NCBI GenBank assembly: GCA_008632985.1
Contig: QPGO01000023.1
Coordinates: 341,266-405,265 of the forward strand
Reading direction: 5' to 3'
Length of the DNA stretch: 64,000 bases
Source: Psammoneis japonica
Taxonomy: Eukaryota
A program made the translations under genes and the position numbers. Shown here piece after piece: positions 38,101 to 49,492 of the stretch. Position 1 is the stretch's first letter; each line of letters begins with the position of its first letter. The notes under the pieces are model-generated. The model searched no databases. It saw only the letters and a list, made by a program, of their open reading frames with translations, and was not told where the DNA came from.

Positions 38101-38638
38101 ATACAAGAAGGCAGCAAACCTTGCATTGAAGAGAGGCGACACATATGCAAAGGGTGTTCCGGGTCACGTGTGGATCATGATTGAAACCTTTACCCGAGCA
38201 ATGGTGCTCTATGCCGCGGCGCGAATGACGGGCAAGCGCGTGTATGCGAAGCACGCCAAGAAGGTGCACAAGACCATCAAGACATGGTTACAAAAGGGTA
38301 ACCCAAACGTCAAACACTACGATTTGCTGCTAAATGCGGAATCTTCTGCGCTAAAGGGCAACCTAGATGAAGCTGAAGGATGGTATCAGAGTGCCATTGT
38401 GTCTGCCACTCGCCAAGGGTCTGTTCATGAAAGTGCATTTGCGTCCGAACGATACGGGGAGTTCTTGCTGAATGAGAGGCAGGACCCTGAAGAGGCGAGG
38501 CACAAGTTTGACGATGCCATACGGCGATATGGTGAATGGGGAGCTGCAAGGAAAGTTCGCATGCTGACTGATGCACACCAAAATGTATGGCAAAAGCCCA
38601 GTCACGTCTTCTGTGCTCCCAATCGCGTTCACGCATGA
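35135..38638 (+). CDS. STAND-class 'predicted ATPase' (AAA_16-like NTPase + TPR-like helical region), intron 37739-37819
   Basis: LVGRDKE, Walker A GLAGTGKT, GKFD, Walker B ILLDDIQWSD, GVYRSNEV, WVHDKVQEAA, C-terminal YGEWGAARKV. Confidence 0.85.
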
Positions 38639-38814
38639 ATTTTGTTCGACACAGCGGGGTGTCGGATGTAAGAATCTTTGCTTGCATCTAACATACAATA
38701 AAATATAAGAGAGAACGTAGCAGTAGTCTATGTCTCATTTTCTCGTACACACGCTTGCAATACTTAGGACCGTTTCATGATCGGCAACACGACTACGGTA
38801 GCCCTCTCGACGTT

Positions 38815-38990
38815 AGACTCTAGCTAGAGAGAGTAAAATGTGCGTGGGACACATCTCACAATTGTGGTCGTGACGATGACAGGGCTGCCCAAAGTCACCG
38901 CAGGATAGAATAGATCGCCATCTTACTCTCTTAGAGTAGAGAGTAGAGAGAGCTGTACTCTCTAGCTCTAGATTGTGTAGAGAGCAGAGA
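38815..38990. repeat. TAG/AG-rich low-complexity tract
   Basis: ctctagctagagagagta...tagagtagagagtagagagagctgtactctctagctctaga. Confidence 0.55.
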
Positions 38991-39126
38991 GCGAGCGAGT
39001 TGGTCCCCAATCGGTACGTCAGTCGTCCCATCCACTTGCCACTCGCAGCGCGTGCTGTCGCATTCACAGGCCATGGCCTGAGGCCGGCAGCCGGCAGTGC
39101 TTCTGACAACCAACATTACTGTCACC

Positions 39127-40899
39127 ATGGACTTGCCAGATCCCTCTTCTTGGAACCCCTCTGACATTTCTACGCCGGCCATTGCTGCCGCCGCTCTGCA
39201 AGCCAGTACTAGTAGCAGTGCATCGTCACGTAAGCGCCCTCGTTCCACGTCGCCCGCACCTCCACGTTCTCGCAAAGCCAAGCAGTTGTTGAATCTCCCA
39301 GAGGCCTCCGAGTTGGCTGTGAAATTAAGACAGCCAGAGAACCAAATTGAAGCTCTCAATTCACTCCTTATCGCCTCGTCGAGCCATGATGCGAATTATG
39401 CCTTTGGAGAAAGCGCTGAAGATGTCATGGCGGCTCTTGTAGACATGGTACACGAGTGCTTGAATTGGAGTCCGAGCCAGAAAAAGGAGAAGGATGGCAA
39501 GACTAACGATGCGGATGAAACAGAACCATCCTCTCCTCACGTTTTTTTGGCATCGACCGCTTGGTTGAGCCCTCCCACCAAAGAGGGCGCAGCGTGGTTC
39601 AAGCACTGCTTTCGTCGGTTAGCGGAAGAAAAAGCGGCCGAGCAACTCAAAATCATCAATGTCGTTGTAGTCATTTTCCGAAACATGAGCTATGTGGCTG
39701 CCAATTTGAGGCTCTTGGCTCACTCACCATCCGTTATGGATATCCTGATTGCCTGTCTCTACGATACAGGAAGTGCTCTACAGTTTGGCGTATCGACAAC
39801 TAGCACTTCTTCTGGAGGCGAAGATGGCATGACAAGCACCACTAACCGTGGTAATCTTGCTCTTCATGCCTTACAGACCTTGGTTCATTTGGCTCCATAC
39901 CTGGACATTACGGGTCAGAAACTATACGCCGACAAGATGTTTCTGGATCCGACCAAGTTGGATGAGAAGGGACTGCTTCCAAAGGAAGCAGAGTATGGAC
40001 AAGCACTTGTAGGAATGAATGGATGGGGTGGATTGCATTTGGCCCGAAAGCTGGATACTAAGGAGGATCTTGTCGTGGATGTTGATCCCAAACACTTGCT
40101 GGAACTCACTGGTGACTATTTGGCAAGCGTGTGGTCCATCTTTTCTGCGATTGCCCGAGTCCTGACGGATACCAAGACCCCTCGCACCATACTCATGGTG
40201 ACGTTGGATTTACTCAAGGAACTGCTGGATCAAGCAAGTAGCGTGGCTGATGTTCCACACGAAGAGGATACCAAGGGAGAAAAGGACGACGACAAGGAGG
40301 ATTACACTATTCCTACTGCACGTGATGTCATGTTGTACATTCCATCCGGAGTGTTGGATCGGCTGGTAGACTTCTTGTGGGTTCCGAGGCTGGGTCCAGA
40401 CAGTATGGAATACGTGAATCCGGTCAATAACATTGTGTCCAGAGTTTCTACCTTGAAACTCATGATGGGCTACGATGCAACGGTAGACACAGACTTGCGT
40501 GACAGATCTCTGGATGTCTTGGTGCCGCTGCTGGAACTACAGTCAAATCCTGAAACTGAGAATGGTGCGGAATCCCTAGCCAGACGCCTGGGTTGCAGCA
40601 AGAACATGACGACAAGGACGCGGCTCTTCGATGCCTTGTTGCCCGTCTTGACCACTTCGGTAGGTCGCAACGACGCGCCCAACTCAGCCAGTGAGCTCTT
40701 GGTTCTACTGGCAAAATGCAAGGACAACCAAAACGGGCTTGCCTACATCCAAGATCGCATGCTATTAATGGCCAGTCAGGGTCACGTTCGTGTCGCCCAA
40801 TTGGCATGTAATCATTTGTACAATAACAAGGACACCCCCATGGTCGAAGAAGAAGAAACGCCGCAAGGTGCTGGTGACGCCATTCAGCGGGAATCGTAA
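39127..40899 (+). CDS. ARM-like helical protein resembling the ARID1/ARID2 (BAF250_C-like) region of SWI/SNF subunits
   Basis: 590-aa intronless ORF; QIEALNSLLIAS and VVIFRNMSYVAANLRLLA resemble ARID1/2 ARM segments; NLS-like RKRPR. Confidence 0.5.
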   Translation: MDLPDPSSWNPSDISTPAIAAAALQASTSSSASSRKRPRSTSPAPPRSRKAKQLLNLPEASELAVKLRQPENQIEALNSLLIASSSHDANYAFGESAEDVMAALVDMVHECLNWSPSQKKEKDGKTNDADETEPSSPHVFLASTAWLSPPTKEGAAWFKHCFRRLAEEKAAEQLKIINVVVVIFRNMSYVAANLRLLAHSPSVMDILIACLYDTGSALQFGVSTTSTSSGGEDGMTSTTNRGNLALHALQTLVHLAPYLDITGQKLYADKMFLDPTKLDEKGLLPKEAEYGQALVGMNGWGGLHLARKLDTKEDLVVDVDPKHLLELTGDYLASVWSIFSAIARVLTDTKTPRTILMVTLDLLKELLDQASSVADVPHEEDTKGEKDDDKEDYTIPTARDVMLYIPSGVLDRLVDFLWVPRLGPDSMEYVNPVNNIVSRVSTLKLMMGYDATVDTDLRDRSLDVLVPLLELQSNPETENGAESLARRLGCSKNMTTRTRLFDALLPVLTTSVGRNDAPNSASELLVLLAKCKDNQNGLAYIQDRMLLMASQGHVRVAQLACNHLYNNKDTPMVEEEETPQGAGDAIQRES

Positions 40900-40973
40900 T
40901 TCTATGGTGTTGTATTTGAGAATACCTAATCAGCGGGAATCGTAATTCTATGGGTGTTGTAGTTTGAGAATAC
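40884..40973. repeat. Tandem duplication (about 42 bp) spanning the stop codon of the upstream gene
   Basis: tcagcgggaatcgtaattctatggtgttgtatttgagaatac and tcagcgggaatcgtaattctatgggtgttgtagtttgagaatac. Confidence 0.85.
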
Positions 40974-41072
40974 TACTCTCTAGAGAAACGTTGACCAACG
41001 CCATGGATTGATGTAAGCTACGATGCTATTGACTTTTAGAAACTGAATCATTGAAATGCGACCCTAGTCTAT

Positions 41073-42090
41073 CTAACTGCTTTCTTCCACCTGATCCTTC
41101 TTCACTAGGCGTAGGTATGGGATCTTGGAAGGCACGTCACAAGTGTGATAGCCGGGATAATGCTTGTCGGCTTCTTCCTCGCTCACAGTCGGGAGCAAAA
41201 AGACGGATCCCTTGAATTCATCGGTTCGTCCACCTTTGCCATCGGGAATGTCTTGGTGATTGTACGGCCAGTTGGCCGGAGTGGCAATGGACTTTTCGTA
41301 CGAAAGCTGCAACGCCTTGACGCAACGAACAATCTCATCCATGTTTCGACCAACGCAAGCGGGGTAGTTGAGGGCCAACATCAACTTGTTCTCCGGGTTG
41401 ATGATGAACACGGCGCGAATGGTGAGAGGTAGGTCTTGGTCGTCCGAAGTTCCCGGGTCAATCATGCCGTACGCAGTGGAAATCGAGCGGTCAGCATCCC
41501 CAATGATGGGAAACTTAACTTCGATTTCATTCTCGCAGTGGGCAACAACGTCATCAAGCCATTCTTCGTGACTCTTGACGGGATCCACAGACAGAGTCGC
41601 CACAAGGCAATCCATATCCGTGAGTTCGTCGTACTTCAACGCCAGTCTGCCGATCTCAGTGGTACACACAGGCGTGAAGTCGGCAGGGTGGCTAAAGAGA
41701 ATAGCCCACTTTCCTTTTTTCCACTCGTGGAAAGAATCCCAGCTGCCGTGAGTTGTTTCGGCACTAAAATCTGGGACAATGTTCCCAAGGCGAAGCCTAC
41801 GCAGATCAAAATGATTGGAACGAAATTGAATTAAAAGATGCCGTCTCAACTAAGTGCCTATGGCGCAAGCTCGTATCTTACCCTCCATCAGTGGAATTTT
41901 CTGGGTACAAGCTCATGTACGTTTCCGTTCCGCTCTTGATATCTTGGTCCATGGTAGAAAACGTCCGATTCGTAACTGGAGCGGTTGAGCATTTCACCGC
42001 CTGACGTCCAACGCTGCTTGAGGCAACGGATCGAACCGCCAAGGAACGAAGGGAGCGCGAGGCAGTAGCGGAAAAGGCACGAAGAATCAT
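41073..42090 (-). CDS. PRDX6: 1-Cys peroxiredoxin (Prx6 family), probably mitochondrial (exons 42090-41882, 41796-41073)
   Basis: LFSHPADFTPVCTTE active site, YPACVGRNMDEI, ATPANW; Arg/Ser-rich N-terminus MILRAFSATASRSLRS. Confidence 0.92.
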
Positions 42091-42347
42091 CTTGCAATTG
42101 GAATTGTGATGATTCACCTTCGTGCAATGTTGGCGACCCGAGAGAAAAGTGAGCGTTGTCGCACTGCTGCCGAATTGTCGGAGGGAACTTTTGGATCATA
42201 AAAGCCTTGAAATATGGATAAATTTCAATGTTGAAATGAACACGTACTTGTCTCGCGCCACAATTTGGAATTTGCGATGGAAGAACGCAGCAGAACGCGA
42301 TTTAGATTGTTACCATACATCATCATCCTTCCTTGAAGACAACCACC

Positions 42348-43217
42348 ATGTCAGATTCTACCAAGAAGAGTCGACGCGAAATGGCTCGAGCGACTAAACC
42401 CATTGTTTGCTATGCGGTAGAGAACCTACCGAAAAAGTCTGGATCTCCGGGATTGTACAAGGACCTCCGAACAGCGGTCAAAGATGGCCGGGGCACTCTT
42501 ATTGAGGAATTAGAGATTCCTGCCTACGACGCTCGTTCCTGGAAGGTACCAGCCGGTTGTTTGTGGCGAATTATTTGTACAAAGGGCCCACAAGTGGCTG
42601 ATATGAATTGCTGGTCCTTGACAAACCCAAAGGAGCATTTTTATTCCAGCAAAACGCGTCAAATCCACGCGACGCATCTAACAACCGGCGATCGACTGTG
42701 GTCCAACATGCCCTACATGAGACCATTAGCTACCATTGTCGAGGATACCATTGCCTATGGATTTGATGACGATGGTGCCGGAGTTCACGATGTTATCGGA
42801 AGTCGCTGCGATCCCTACACGCATTACATGCTAAGCTCCGAAACAAAGAATGATTGCTGCCATTCAAATCTTTGTCGACAAGCCATTCGGGATGAAATCT
42901 CCACGGATCACGTGCATGACGTGCTGAATGTGTTTATGTGTACTGGTTTTACGAAAGATACGCACCAGTACTTTACAAAACCAAGTCCAGTCGAGGTTGG
43001 AGATTATATCGAGTTCTTGGCAGAGACGGACCTGCTGGTGAGTGCTAGTACTTGCCCCCAGGGAGATGTGAGCACAGCATGTGCCGGAGAAGGAGAGCCT
43101 GTCGTATATCCTCTTGGAGTGGAAGTTTACAAGCTGGAGGAAGGTTGGTTGGAGAACGAAGGATGGGAACCATCAAAGGTGAACGCTTACAGTGGGAATC
43201 ATGGTCTCCCGCCGTAA
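42348..43217 (+). CDS. DUF1989 / urea-carboxylase-associated family protein
   Basis: GPQVADMNCW, TRQIHATHLTTGDRLWS, HDVIGSRCDPY, CCHSNL, HDVLNVFMCTG, STCPQGD. Confidence 0.85.
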   Translation: MSDSTKKSRREMARATKPIVCYAVENLPKKSGSPGLYKDLRTAVKDGRGTLIEELEIPAYDARSWKVPAGCLWRIICTKGPQVADMNCWSLTNPKEHFYSSKTRQIHATHLTTGDRLWSNMPYMRPLATIVEDTIAYGFDDDGAGVHDVIGSRCDPYTHYMLSSETKNDCCHSNLCRQAIRDEISTDHVHDVLNVFMCTGFTKDTHQYFTKPSPVEVGDYIEFLAETDLLVSASTCPQGDVSTACAGEGEPVVYPLGVEVYKLEEGWLENEGWEPSKVNAYSGNHGLPP

Positions 43218-43635
43218 AATGAAAAAAGAGCGATGCCGCATCACCTGTTATCGGTTTGATAAACACTGAATATAAACACGTATTGATTGGAATGCATCGA
43301 TAGAATCATCCGCTTTTCAGAGGACGACTGTTCCAGGTCGTTGAGGCATTGACAACGATGCTACAGATTGAAGATCACCACCATGTAGTGCTATAGAAAA
43401 AGACTAAGACCACAGAGAAAAGTTCACAATCTTCAATCTGATATAGTGCTTGTTCTATCATCAACTCGACCTTTGCTGCTTCATCTCTGTAAACCAACGA
43501 ATCCTGACATGAAAACTGTGCATCATTCTTCCGGTCCCCTAAATTTAGTCATGAATTGTTCAAAGACAAAGTATCCCGCTAGAATCCCAGCTCCCAGAGC
43601 TTCCATTTTCCGCAATAGCCATTAATGTTCTTGTT

Positions 43636-43785
43636 TTAATGTATTTTTTCTTTCCTTGATTTCTTCATTTCGCGTTGCATCGACCGTAACCAGAACAGCA
43701 ATGCTCCACCTTGTAAAGCAAGTACCGCAACAATCAATAACTTGATTGGCATGGAAATTTCAGAGAGCGTCGTGTATGAAACCAT
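43636..43785 (-). CDS. Possible small single-pass membrane protein (49 aa)
   Basis: MVSYTTLSEISMPIKLLIVAVLALQGGALLFWLRSMQREMKKSRKEKIH has one TM helix followed by a basic tail; no homology recognised. Confidence 0.3.
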   Translation of the reverse strand: MVSYTTLSEISMPIKLLIVAVLALQGGALLFWLRSMQREMKKSRKEKIH

Positions 43786-44141
43786 CGTAACGCGTACTTG
43801 TATGACTTGTTCAATAGCAACAATCCCACAATTCCAAATTGCACCACCAACGCTCAACAACAGCAACAACTTGTCGACGCTCGTCGCGGGGATGGGCGGG
43901 CGGATGCGTGATGCGGGATGCGGAGATCTTTGCGTGTCATGGTGTCTGTTTGTCAGCTTTGGGAGCTCCCGTCCCGCGCGGAAAGTTTAGAGCTCGACGT
44001 ATGTGCGCGACTGCGACGTCGGCGGTCGGCGGAGAAAAAAAAAAAAAACGCAATATCAGACGCGTGGTGTTGTTGCTACTGCAGCCATCAATCGAAAATC
44101 GAAAGCAAAGAAACAACAAGCACGAAGCACAAGAAGGATCA

Positions 44142-45254
44142 ATGATGTCTCTGATTGTAAAGATATATGTGGTATTCTTCACCAGTTCCTTGAGAATGCT
44201 CGCTTGGGCGTATGTTTATCCATGGGCGTTGTCGGAGGGAAGTTTGTCGCGTAAAACACGTCATCGCCTGTTTTTGGCACCACAACAACTGGGGTCCTTT
44301 GAAGAATTGTCATTTTCGAGAGAAGAACGAAATATTGCACTCTATGATTGGACGGAGAGTGATCCATTGCCGTTTACGGATGTTTGGGATTTTCAAAAGT
44401 CTCTCGTTCAATCTCACTTGGATCGATTGTCGAAAGATTTGAGTTCCAAAGACAACCAGTCTGGAACATCATCAAGTCAGTTTATCTGTGTCGACGAACA
44501 GAAGTCTAGATCGATAATAGATCAAGGCGACAAAAGTGGATTGGATTCTGTTATAATGCTTCAGCATGAGCCTGTTTATACGTTGGGCACAGGATCGGAT
44601 CCTAGTTTCATTCGCGATACAGAAAATGTTGATATTGTTCGTATGGACCGAGGCGGCGAAGTAACGTACCACGGTCCAGGACAGCTTGTGGCGTATCCAA
44701 TTTTAGACCTTAGGTCTTATCAAAAAGATATCCATTGGTATATGAGAGCTCTGGAGGAATCAATTTTGTTGGCGCTAGATTATGCTGGAGTGCAAAAGGT
44801 ACTTATCAACTTAACAGAGAGACTACCGACTACAATATGAGATTTAGAAAGCTGCGTTTCTGTGGATTCTCACCTCATTTTTCACCGTGTTTTGCTCTAC
44901 ATTATATAATAGGCGACACGGGAAGATGATGTGACGGGGGTTTGGATCGATGATGCCAAGGTTGCAGCAATTGGAATCAAAGCACGGCGTTGGGTGACAA
45001 TGCATGGTCTAGCTGTCAATATAGAAGAATCATCGTTGGAGAACTTTGTTGGCATTGTCCCCTGTGGACTAGAAGGGCGTCGTGTCACGTGCGTCAATCA
45101 TCACTTGGAAAACCCCATCACAGTGTCTGAGTTTGCACTTCACCTTCAAGCAGCGTTGGAGGAAGTATTCAAAGTTCGACTGCAGGCCGCGCCCGATTCT
45201 CCAGGAGTGGTTCTCGATTCTACATTAGAAAAGACAATCACTCAGAACGCTTAG
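44142..45254 (+). CDS. lipB: Lipoyl(octanoyl) transferase LipB/LIP2 (intron 44799-44912)
   Basis: LQHEPVYTLG, DRGGEVTYHGPGQLVAYPILDL, TGVWIDDAKVAAIGI, TMHGLAVN, IVPCGL. Confidence 0.93.
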
Positions 45255-45429
45255 TTTTGAGACAATGCGGTATGTTACAATTACTTCTATTCTCAACCAT
45301 AGTCAGTGGATACTCCCCCCTAACCCTTGTATAATGTTTCCCATTCTTGTTCTGTTCCCGCAGATCAGCGGGTTCCCAGTCGGATTCTCTCTTCATCGTA
45401 TAGCACCTGATACTATCTCTAATTGTATC

Positions 45430-46458
45430 TCATGGATATGGACGACCAAGGAGCCTAAAGAAGCGATCGTTCTGCTCTGCTTGGCGTCTCCGTAAGAGAA
45501 GAGCCTGCAACTCCAACCGAGTAGCAACATCTCGATCACTTTGAAGCGAGAGCAACGGATGTGAACTGACTCCCCTTAGATCGTCAATTCTCCCCAATGC
45601 CTGCGTTTGCAGAGCTGTCGGTACCCCTACTGGTGCCTGAAGGAGAGCCGCGGCACGACGTCTCGCATCAATCTCCACCATCCTTAGAGCTTCGACTTCT
45701 TCAAGACGACGTCTCGCACTTCCAAGAAGTACAGAATCTGGAGTCTCGTAGTTTGACAACATTGGTCGACCCACCAAGTCACTATCAGTACGTATTGAGC
45801 TCGCTTGAAAAGGAAGTGAGAGCTGGAGAAGCCGGGGATCAGATTGAATAACGGGACCAAGAGTATGGCGACCAACGGTAGCGCTGTACGTGTTGCCGGG
45901 GTGCGGCACTGTAGACCTTTCCCTACCCTGATCCCTAGCTCCACTCATGCCATCGCATAGACTAGGATCATCCCTCACAAACAAACGATGGAAGAAGACA
46001 ATCTCGTTGGGATAAATGTCACTGACGGTTCTTTTGAAGCCCCATCGATTTAGTTTCCGAGTAAAGGATAAGTACTTGGACTCTTTGAAGTAGCGAGGAA
46101 GTGCCTCCTTTACGAGACGTTCCCGCGACATGATGACAAAAGAATCGCCATCGGGGAGCCATCTTATTATATGTTGAAAGTCTTTGTCCGCAAGAAGCTC
46201 GTGGAGCAGAATCGGAAACGTTTTTGGTAGATGGTGTTTCCGTTCAATTTTTGGCTTCTCCTTCTCTACTAGACTGTCTTGGTCGTCCTTTTCGTTTGTT
46301 TTCTTGGTATCTTCTTCTCGATAATCATTCATAGCAGAACCCTTGGTTTCAGTGATTTTCTCGTCAGACACCGCCCACTGATCAGAGCAAGATGATACAG
46401 GGCTACACATCACAACTCCTGCGGCTTTTTCGGCGTTGTTGCGAAAGCCGGAAGACAT
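45430..46458 (-). CDS. Heat-shock-factor-type DNA-binding domain protein
   Basis: TFPILLHELL..IIRWLPDGDSFVI..LPRYFKESKYLSFTRKLNRWGFKR..FFHRLFVRD; start uncertain. Confidence 0.88.
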   Translation of the reverse strand: MSSGFRNNAEKAAGVVMCSPVSSCSDQWAVSDEKITETKGSAMNDYREEDTKKTNEKDDQDSLVEKEKPKIERKHHLPKTFPILLHELLADKDFQHIIRWLPDGDSFVIMSRERLVKEALPRYFKESKYLSFTRKLNRWGFKRTVSDIYPNEIVFFHRLFVRDDPSLCDGMSGARDQGRERSTVPHPGNTYSATVGRHTLGPVIQSDPRLLQLSLPFQASSIRTDSDLVGRPMLSNYETPDSVLLGSARRRLEEVEALRMVEIDARRRAAALLQAPVGVPTALQTQALGRIDDLRGVSSHPLLSLQSDRDVATRLELQALLLRRRQAEQNDRFFRLLGRPYP

Positions 46459-46929
46459 GTGTGCTTTCCAAGTTGCTTCGAGAACAACAAAATCAACAGA
46501 CTTTTCTCCACTAAATTTTGGAATGTCGTTTTTGGATTTGTGGGAGGAGGAAAGCAAATGACGGCGAGGCGCAAATCACATGGTGGTCGCGGATATTTTG
46601 CAAGATTGAGATGGTGATGACGAGAGGGGTTTCGTGGTCGCGAGTCTTGGACACTAATTGCAATCCCGTTTTCTATCTTATTTATGGTGTGAGGACAGAA
46701 AAGCTTGTCCAAATGACTGGTTTGACAATAATTAAGGGAACCCGCTCGTATCGTTTATAATATGAAAGTACGGTACAGTACAGGATGATTCCCAAAACGT
46801 CCAACAGATGACCAAGACATCCTGTCAACAGCCCTATTTCTGAACTTGAATGTTGAAGTTAGAATTGAACTGGCGCGAATCAATCGTACGAAAAATGTTT
46901 GGCCGCTTTATCGGCTTGTATTTGTCTTG

Positions 46930-47150
46930 CTAGTAGAGAGTAGCTACTCTAGAGTAGCTATATACTCTAGTAGTAGTAGCTAGCTAGCTAGAGTAGTAGC
47001 TAGCTACTACAGTACTCTCTAGAGTAGAGAGTAGCTAGAGTAGCTACTACTACTAGCTAGTAGAGTAGTAGTCTCTCTCTACTCTAAGAGTAGCTCTAGT
47101 GAGTGAGTGGCTTCGCGGCGCTTCGCCACCTGGTCCTAGTAGTAGCTAGC
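46930..47150. repeat. TAG/CTA-rich low-complexity tract
   Basis: About 200 bp built from tagtag, tagctagc, agagtag and tactct units. Confidence 0.8.
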
Positions 47151-47287
47151 TTTTCTAATATACCGTGAGGAAGATGCCTCCGATTGCCCTTTGAACACAG
47201 AGGGAGTACCATAGTAACCAAGACACCAAGGGATTTAGCAACATTATTCAAAGATAACCCCCTGTCATTCTATAGTACTTAGCATTT

Positions 47288-48538
47288 TTAACGATGACCC
47301 CGTGACTGCCATGGTCTGAAGTGGTCCTCGGATTGACTTCTATCCGAAGGTGGTGGTTCCTGAGCGTCAGGATCAGACTGTCCGAGAAAGCTCAAAAAAT
47401 GGCTATCTGCTTCCATTTGATGCTGGCGTAGTAGTAGTGCTTGCGCATCAGCCTCCTCCAGCATGCGTTGCCTTTGTTGAAGCTGTGCAAAAACGGCAGC
47501 ATCAGTTGACAAGCCCGCATAGAGCCCTCCTAACAAAGTTGGATTTGTCAATGCCGGAGAGCGCAGTGGAGGCTGAAGTAATGCAAGGGCGCGCTGTCTT
47601 GCTTCCAGTTCAGCATTGAGAGACTGAACGCGTCGCATTCTGTCTGCTTCTTGCCCGGCGATGATTTCTCGTTCAAACAGGCGTCTGTCAAGTATTGGCG
47701 CTTGTGGCATCATCATGGCCTGTTGGGGAACTCGGAGGTGAGAGGGATGCGAAACACCACCAGCATGCGTCGCCGTTGGGAGGCCTGCAATGCCAGGAGC
47801 TTGTATTGGAACACCCCCTAGAGCTGTATCGGGGTTCTGCGAGCCGATAGACGGGGTTCGCTTTTTCGCTGCCTTCTTCGCCCCACTCATTTGCTTGCAT
47901 AGCTCTGGAGAGTCCCTCTTAAACAGAGGATTGTAGTATACCGTATCATCGGGGAAGACATTGGAAGAAATGCGTCGAAAACGCCATCTGTTCAACTTGC
48001 GAGTGAAGGATTCGAACTTACTCTCCTTGTAGTACTGCGGTAGCACTTCTTCCACGAACCGTATTCTTGATTTTATCGCGAAAGATTCTCCATCAGGCGC
48101 CCAACAAACAATGTCTTGAAAGCGTTTGTTGCGAAGAAGGTGGTGAAGTCTACCAGGGAAGTTGTTGGGCAAATCGATCTCCTTGTCTGTGCCTCCTTTC
48201 CTCTGCGTCTGCTCCTCGTCACCCTTTTCTTCCGACCTAGGTTCAGAAGCCCTGGCTCTTTCGGGAGGACTTACGCCTGAGCTGTGACTTGCTGATTTAG
48301 CTTCATCGTCAAAATGTGCCTTCTCTGAAAGCATTTCCCCAGACGAGCCCCATCCTGCAGCTACGCCAGGTAAATTCGAAATTGCCCGCCTGTACGACGC
48401 AGACACGTCCGATTCTCGGAAGGATGGCGAAACTCGGAGTCGCTTGTTCGGTCGGCTTTCATTGTCATCGTTCGATTCTGGCGACGAGTTCATATCAAAA
48501 CAACCCAGCCCAGTGTTTCTGCTCAGGGCCAATGCCAT
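47288..48538 (-). CDS. Heat-shock-factor-type DNA-binding domain protein (tandem paralog)
   Basis: NFPGRLHHLL..IVCWAPDGESFAI..LPQYYKESKFESFTRKLNRWRFRR..YYNPLFKRD. Confidence 0.88.
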   Translation of the reverse strand: MALALSRNTGLGCFDMNSSPESNDDNESRPNKRLRVSPSFRESDVSASYRRAISNLPGVAAGWGSSGEMLSEKAHFDDEAKSASHSSGVSPPERARASEPRSEEKGDEEQTQRKGGTDKEIDLPNNFPGRLHHLLRNKRFQDIVCWAPDGESFAIKSRIRFVEEVLPQYYKESKFESFTRKLNRWRFRRISSNVFPDDTVYYNPLFKRDSPELCKQMSGAKKAAKKRTPSIGSQNPDTALGGVPIQAPGIAGLPTATHAGGVSHPSHLRVPQQAMMMPQAPILDRRLFEREIIAGQEADRMRRVQSLNAELEARQRALALLQPPLRSPALTNPTLLGGLYAGLSTDAAVFAQLQQRQRMLEEADAQALLLRQHQMEADSHFLSFLGQSDPDAQEPPPSDRSQSEDHFRPWQSRGHR

Positions 48539-49189
48539 GGAGATTGGAAGGTTGTGCGTTTGTACTCTTTCTGTAGAGCTGAAGCAATGACTTTACCGGT
48601 CGTACGATGTGTCCGTCACATACACTGCGTCGCGTGTGGGCGGGGACAAAACAACTAAGATGAGGCAACGATAAATGTCGCACTCACGCGTGACCAAAAA
48701 ATAAAAAATTGGGAGACAGTTCTGTCCGTAAAAAGGGTAGTGCAACAGACAATTTTATTCGTCGTGAATCACGAATATAAATCGGTTGGGCCTTTTCATA
48801 CTTAGGAACAGAAAATTAACGTATGTTCGTATTATAAGGTTTATATGAAAAATTTCGGAGTAACCTATTTCATATCACTCTAAGTCCCGTTTTTTGCTTT
48901 ACTTAGGATATCGGAGAAATTGGACAAAATTGTGCACCTTAAATTTTATCAAGACTTGCTTATCGTTAAAAGTCGATTTCTATTTGACACACAACATCGC
49001 ACTCGTACGTTTTACGACTAGCGGCCTACGATCACGTGCTACGGTAGCACGGTACAGTGCTCCATGCACGACGACGTTGTGGTGTTCTTCGCTCGCTTCG
49101 CGATCGTCGGAAAAGTACGGAGAAGAAAAACGGAGTAATGATGACGTGAGCTGATATCTCCATAAGTAAACACGGAGAAGTCGGTGAAA

Positions 49190-49492
49190 TGCACATGCTG
49201 TTCGCAGTGTGTTGGGTGCTGTTGCTCAATTTCTGTGTTTTTTTCTGTGCCTGACATGACTGCAAATGTTTCAAACAAGGTTTTGCGTGAGGTGTGTCAT
49301 GCAGGCGCGCCCATGACTTGCTGGCAACACACTTGCCAAAGATGGCCCAAGCTCTTTCACACTGGCAGTGTTTTCTGCATCAAAAACAAAGCAAGCACAG
49401 CTTTCCTTGCTTGTCAGGATCATTTGCAACAATCAAGAAATTGACCCGATGTCTGCTTCAATCCATCCAAAAGTTTCAACCACAATGGCCCA
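49190..49492. mobile_element. Left part of an older TpA-depleted repeat interrupted by the copia insertion
   Basis: TA-free. Removing the element and one TSD copy joins ...FQPQWP to TCNAICDQ... in frame. Confidence 0.5.
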
